In this document: in pieces, positions 29,731 through 32,000 of the stretch
How the letters are laid out: the number at the start of each line of letters is the position of its first letter
Position numbering within the stretch: the stretch's first letter is position 1
DNA from: Synechococcus sp. A15-28
GTDB lineage: Bacteria; Cyanobacteriota; Cyanobacteriia; PCC-6307; Cyanobiaceae
NCBI RefSeq assembly: GCF_014280175.1
Contig: NZ_CP047931.1
Span: forward strand, 180,001 to 212,000
Direction of reading: 5' to 3'
DNA: 32,000 nucleotides
Notes under the pieces: model-generated
Seen by the model: only the letters and a program-made list of their open reading frames with translations
Database searches by the model: none
What the model was told of the DNA's origin: nothing
Position numbers and translations under genes: made by a program

Positions 29731-29755
29731 CCTCCACACCAATCACCTAACGCAC

Positions 29756-30466
29756 GTGTCGACCGTTCCTGCGCCGATTCCGATTTTCATCGGCTACGAC
29801 CCAAGGGAACGGGCCGCCACCAATGTGCTCATCGACAGCTTGTATCAGCACAGCAGTGTGCCGCTGGCGATCACTCCGCTGGTTACACCTCAGTTGGAAG
29901 CACAGGGTCTTTACCAGCGTGAGCGGGATCCAAAGCAGAGCACCGCGTTTTCCTTCACCCGCTTTCTCGTGCCCCATCTGATGGGATACCAGGGCTGGGC
30001 CCTGTTCATGGACTGCGACATGCTCTGTCGGGGGGACATCAAGCAGCTTTGGGACCAGCGGGACGATGCCTATGGCGCCATGTGTGTGCAGCACGAGCAT
30101 GTGCCGGGTGAGACGGTGAAGTTCCTGGGTGAGGTGCAGAGCGCCTACCCCAAGAAGAACTGGAGTTCGCTGATGCTGCTCAACTGCAGCCGCTGCTCAA
30201 AGCTCACTGTTGATTACGTCAACAGCGCCAGTGGTCTGGAACTGCATCGTTTCCACTGGCTGGAGGGTGACCACGAGATCGGTGCCATCCAGGGCGGTTG
30301 GAATCATCTGGTGGATGTGCAGGCACCACCGGAGCCTCTGGATGCGTCGCCGATGCTGCACTGGACTCTTGGGGGGCCCTGGTTCCGGGAACAGCGCACG
30401 ATGGGTGGACCGTTGGCGGCGGAGTGGTTCAGCGCCCGCGATGACGCAATGAAACTCTGGGACTGA
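29756..30466 (+). CDS. Putative glycosyltransferase (GT8-like, DCD motif) overlapping kdsB
   Basis: IPIFIGYDPRERAATNVLIDSLYQHSS, KQSTAFSFTRFLVPHLMGYQGWALFMDCDMLCRGDIKQLW. GTG start at 29756 inferred (VSTVPAPIPIFIG); the track ORF start lies in pseudogene sequence. Confidence 0.75.
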   Translation: MSTVPAPIPIFIGYDPRERAATNVLIDSLYQHSSVPLAITPLVTPQLEAQGLYQRERDPKQSTAFSFTRFLVPHLMGYQGWALFMDCDMLCRGDIKQLWDQRDDAYGAMCVQHEHVPGETVKFLGEVQSAYPKKNWSSLMLLNCSRCSKLTVDYVNSASGLELHRFHWLEGDHEIGAIQGGWNHLVDVQAPPEPLDASPMLHWTLGGPWFREQRTMGGPLAAEWFSARDDAMKLWD

Positions 30467-31245
30467 TGGCGATTCAACATGCGGTGGTGGCGGTTCCGGC
30501 CCGTTTGCAGTCCTCCCGGCTGCCGAACAAGGTGCTGGCGGATATCGGTGGCAAGCCGATGATCCAGAGGGTGCTCGAGCGGTGTCGTGAAGCGACCGCA
30601 GTGCAGGCGGTGGTGCTCTGCACCGACAGCACGGAGCTGCAGGAGATGGCGGAAGGCTGGGGCTTCCCGGTGCTGATGACCGCCGCTTCCTGCAGTTCCG
30701 GCAGTGAGCGCATCGCGTCGGTGGCTCAGGAGCTGATGGCGCTGGCCTGGGGGGAGAGCCCGGCAGTGGCCGAGCAGACCGCCGTGATCAACGTGCAGGG
30801 AGATCAGCCATTCATCGATCCATCGGTCATCGACGCGATGGTGGCCGAGTTCAAGCGGCTGGATCCCGTTCCAGCGGTAGTGACGCCGGTGTATCGCTTG
30901 AAACCGGAGACGGTTCACAATCCCAATGTGGTGAAGACCCTGTTGGCCCATGACGGGCGGGCTCTTTACTTCTCCCGGTCTGCCATTCCCCACGTGCGTG
31001 ATGTCGATCCTGCGGATTGGCACCGCCACACCAACTACTGGGGGCATGTGGGGATGTACGGCTTCCTGGGGGATGTGCTGGCGGCGTGGGATCAGCTGCC
31101 CCCTTCACCCCTGGAGGATCTGGAGCGGCTGGAGCAGTTGCGCCTGATCGAGGCTGGTCACACCATCGCCACCTTCCCCGTGGCTGGAACCTCTCTGTCG
31201 GTGGATACGGCGGAGCAGTTGGAACAGGCGCGCTCCATGGTCTGA
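30466..31245 (+). CDS. kdsB: 3-deoxy-manno-octulosonate cytidylyltransferase (CMP-Kdo synthetase)
   Basis: VPARLQSSRLPNKVLADIGGKPMIQRVLERC, AVVLCTDS, GSERIASVAQEL, VINVQGDQPFIDPSVIDAMV, NVVKTLLAHDGRALYFSRSAIPHVRD, HVGMYGFLGDVL, LEQLRLIEAGHTI. Confidence 0.96.
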   Translation: MAIQHAVVAVPARLQSSRLPNKVLADIGGKPMIQRVLERCREATAVQAVVLCTDSTELQEMAEGWGFPVLMTAASCSSGSERIASVAQELMALAWGESPAVAEQTAVINVQGDQPFIDPSVIDAMVAEFKRLDPVPAVVTPVYRLKPETVHNPNVVKTLLAHDGRALYFSRSAIPHVRDVDPADWHRHTNYWGHVGMYGFLGDVLAAWDQLPPSPLEDLERLEQLRLIEAGHTIATFPVAGTSLSVDTAEQLEQARSMV

Positions 31246-31253
31246 GTCCTGAC

Positions 31254-32000
31254 TCAGTTCTCCCGGCACCAACGGCTGGCAGTGGGCCAGAGCTGATGCA
31301 GGTCAAGTTCAGGGAAATGTTGCTGCACCGCCGCCAGGGTCGGGGCCTGCCATCGCCCCAACTGGTGGAGAAGCTCCTCCGGCAGCTCCGTGTCGTTGCG
31401 GCTCACGTTCACCTGTTGATCCCATTGCGGTTCTCTGTACGGAACACCGAGGAACCGGCAGAGATCAGCCCAGCAGTCCCGATGAAACAGCTGCTCGTAG
31501 GTGGCGATGAAGCAGTGCTTCAGGCCGAAGCTCTCCTTAAGAGCCGTGAGGGTGTGGCCGTAGTCGCTGCGCAACGTGATCCGTTCGGGACGCTCGCGGC
31601 AGAGGTCCTGCAGGGTCTGGATTTCTCCCGCACTGTCCTGAAGCCCCTGCTTGCGCCGCTTCATGCGCACACTTGACACGATGCGTTCGATCGGGTCTCG
31701 CATCAGGAACACCGGTCGCAGCGGAATGCCATGGGCATGCAAGCCATGGTCAATGGCACGCAGGGTGGCGGCGCTGAGCCCGCAGTAGGAGGGCGTGATG
31801 TCCCCGGTGAGCTGGATGCCTGGTCGCCGCAGCAGGCTCGCGAAGTAGGCGTAGTAGCGCTCCGGTCGGTCCAGAAAACGCTGGCGACGCCAGGTGCGGG
31901 GCTTCAACAACGAGCGGCGGCTCCGGCCGCTGAAGCCTGCGGCCGGCAGGGTGAGCGCGTCATGAATGTGGTACTCCTTCAGGAAGCCGAAATCAGCGTC
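31254..32000 (-). CDS. Sulfotransferase-family protein (type B paralogue), N-terminus beyond right window edge
   Basis: Frame stays open to 32000 (track stops at an internal Met at 31910). DADFGFLKEYHIHDAL, RTWRRQRFLDRPERYYAYFASLLRRPGIQLTGDITPSYCGLSAATLRAI, PVFLMRDPIERIVSSVRMKRRKQG closely parallel the gene at 25197-26027. Confidence 0.85.
   Translation of the reverse strand, partial: DADFGFLKEYHIHDALTLPAAGFSGRSRRSLLKPRTWRRQRFLDRPERYYAYFASLLRRPGIQLTGDITPSYCGLSAATLRAIDHGLHAHGIPLRPVFLMRDPIERIVSSVRMKRRKQGLQDSAGEIQTLQDLCRERPERITLRSDYGHTLTALKESFGLKHCFIATYEQLFHRDCWADLCRFLGVPYREPQWDQQVNVSRNDTELPEELLHQLGRWQAPTLAAVQQHFPELDLHQLWPTASRWCREN

Overview
High-GC cyanobacterial chromosome window, probably from a marine Synechococcus-like lineage (inferred from the ho1-type heme oxygenase, glycolate dehydrogenase subunits and overall gene style; not proven). 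It is densely coding. The left half is mostly housekeeping: glgP (partial), a CPA2 Na+/H+ antiporter, an alpha/beta hydrolase, an aldose-epimerase-like protein, glcE, a DUF1537 kinase, glcF, icd, a GtrB-like GT2, a GtrA+YdjC/ChbG fusion, an MTA/SAH nucleosidase and ho1. From about 15.6 kb to the right edge lies a surface-glycan region: an MsbA-like ABC exporter, at least six glycosyltransferases, three sulfotransferase-like genes, kdsA and kdsB, with pcrA/uvrD embedded. The strongest non-routine observations are: (1) an unlisted, heavily decayed sulfotransferase pseudogene at 29360-29730, whose blocks align in different frames to the intact gene at 24320-25174, with a second sulfotransferase type also present twice, suggesting an ancestral segmental duplication; (2) a single-polypeptide fusion of a GtrA-like membrane domain to a YdjC/ChbG/NaxD-like deacetylase, convergent with a GtrB/ArnC-like GT2, a candidate polyprenyl-phosphate-aminosugar system; (3) a six-gene tightly overlapping exporter/GT/sulfotransferase operon containing a GT with a ~350-aa uncharacterised helical extension; (4) an uncharacterised GT overlapping kdsB; (5) a DUF1537 kinase inserted between glcE and glcF on the opposite strand. 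I saw no CRISPR array, tRNA, rRNA, transposase or classical defence system.
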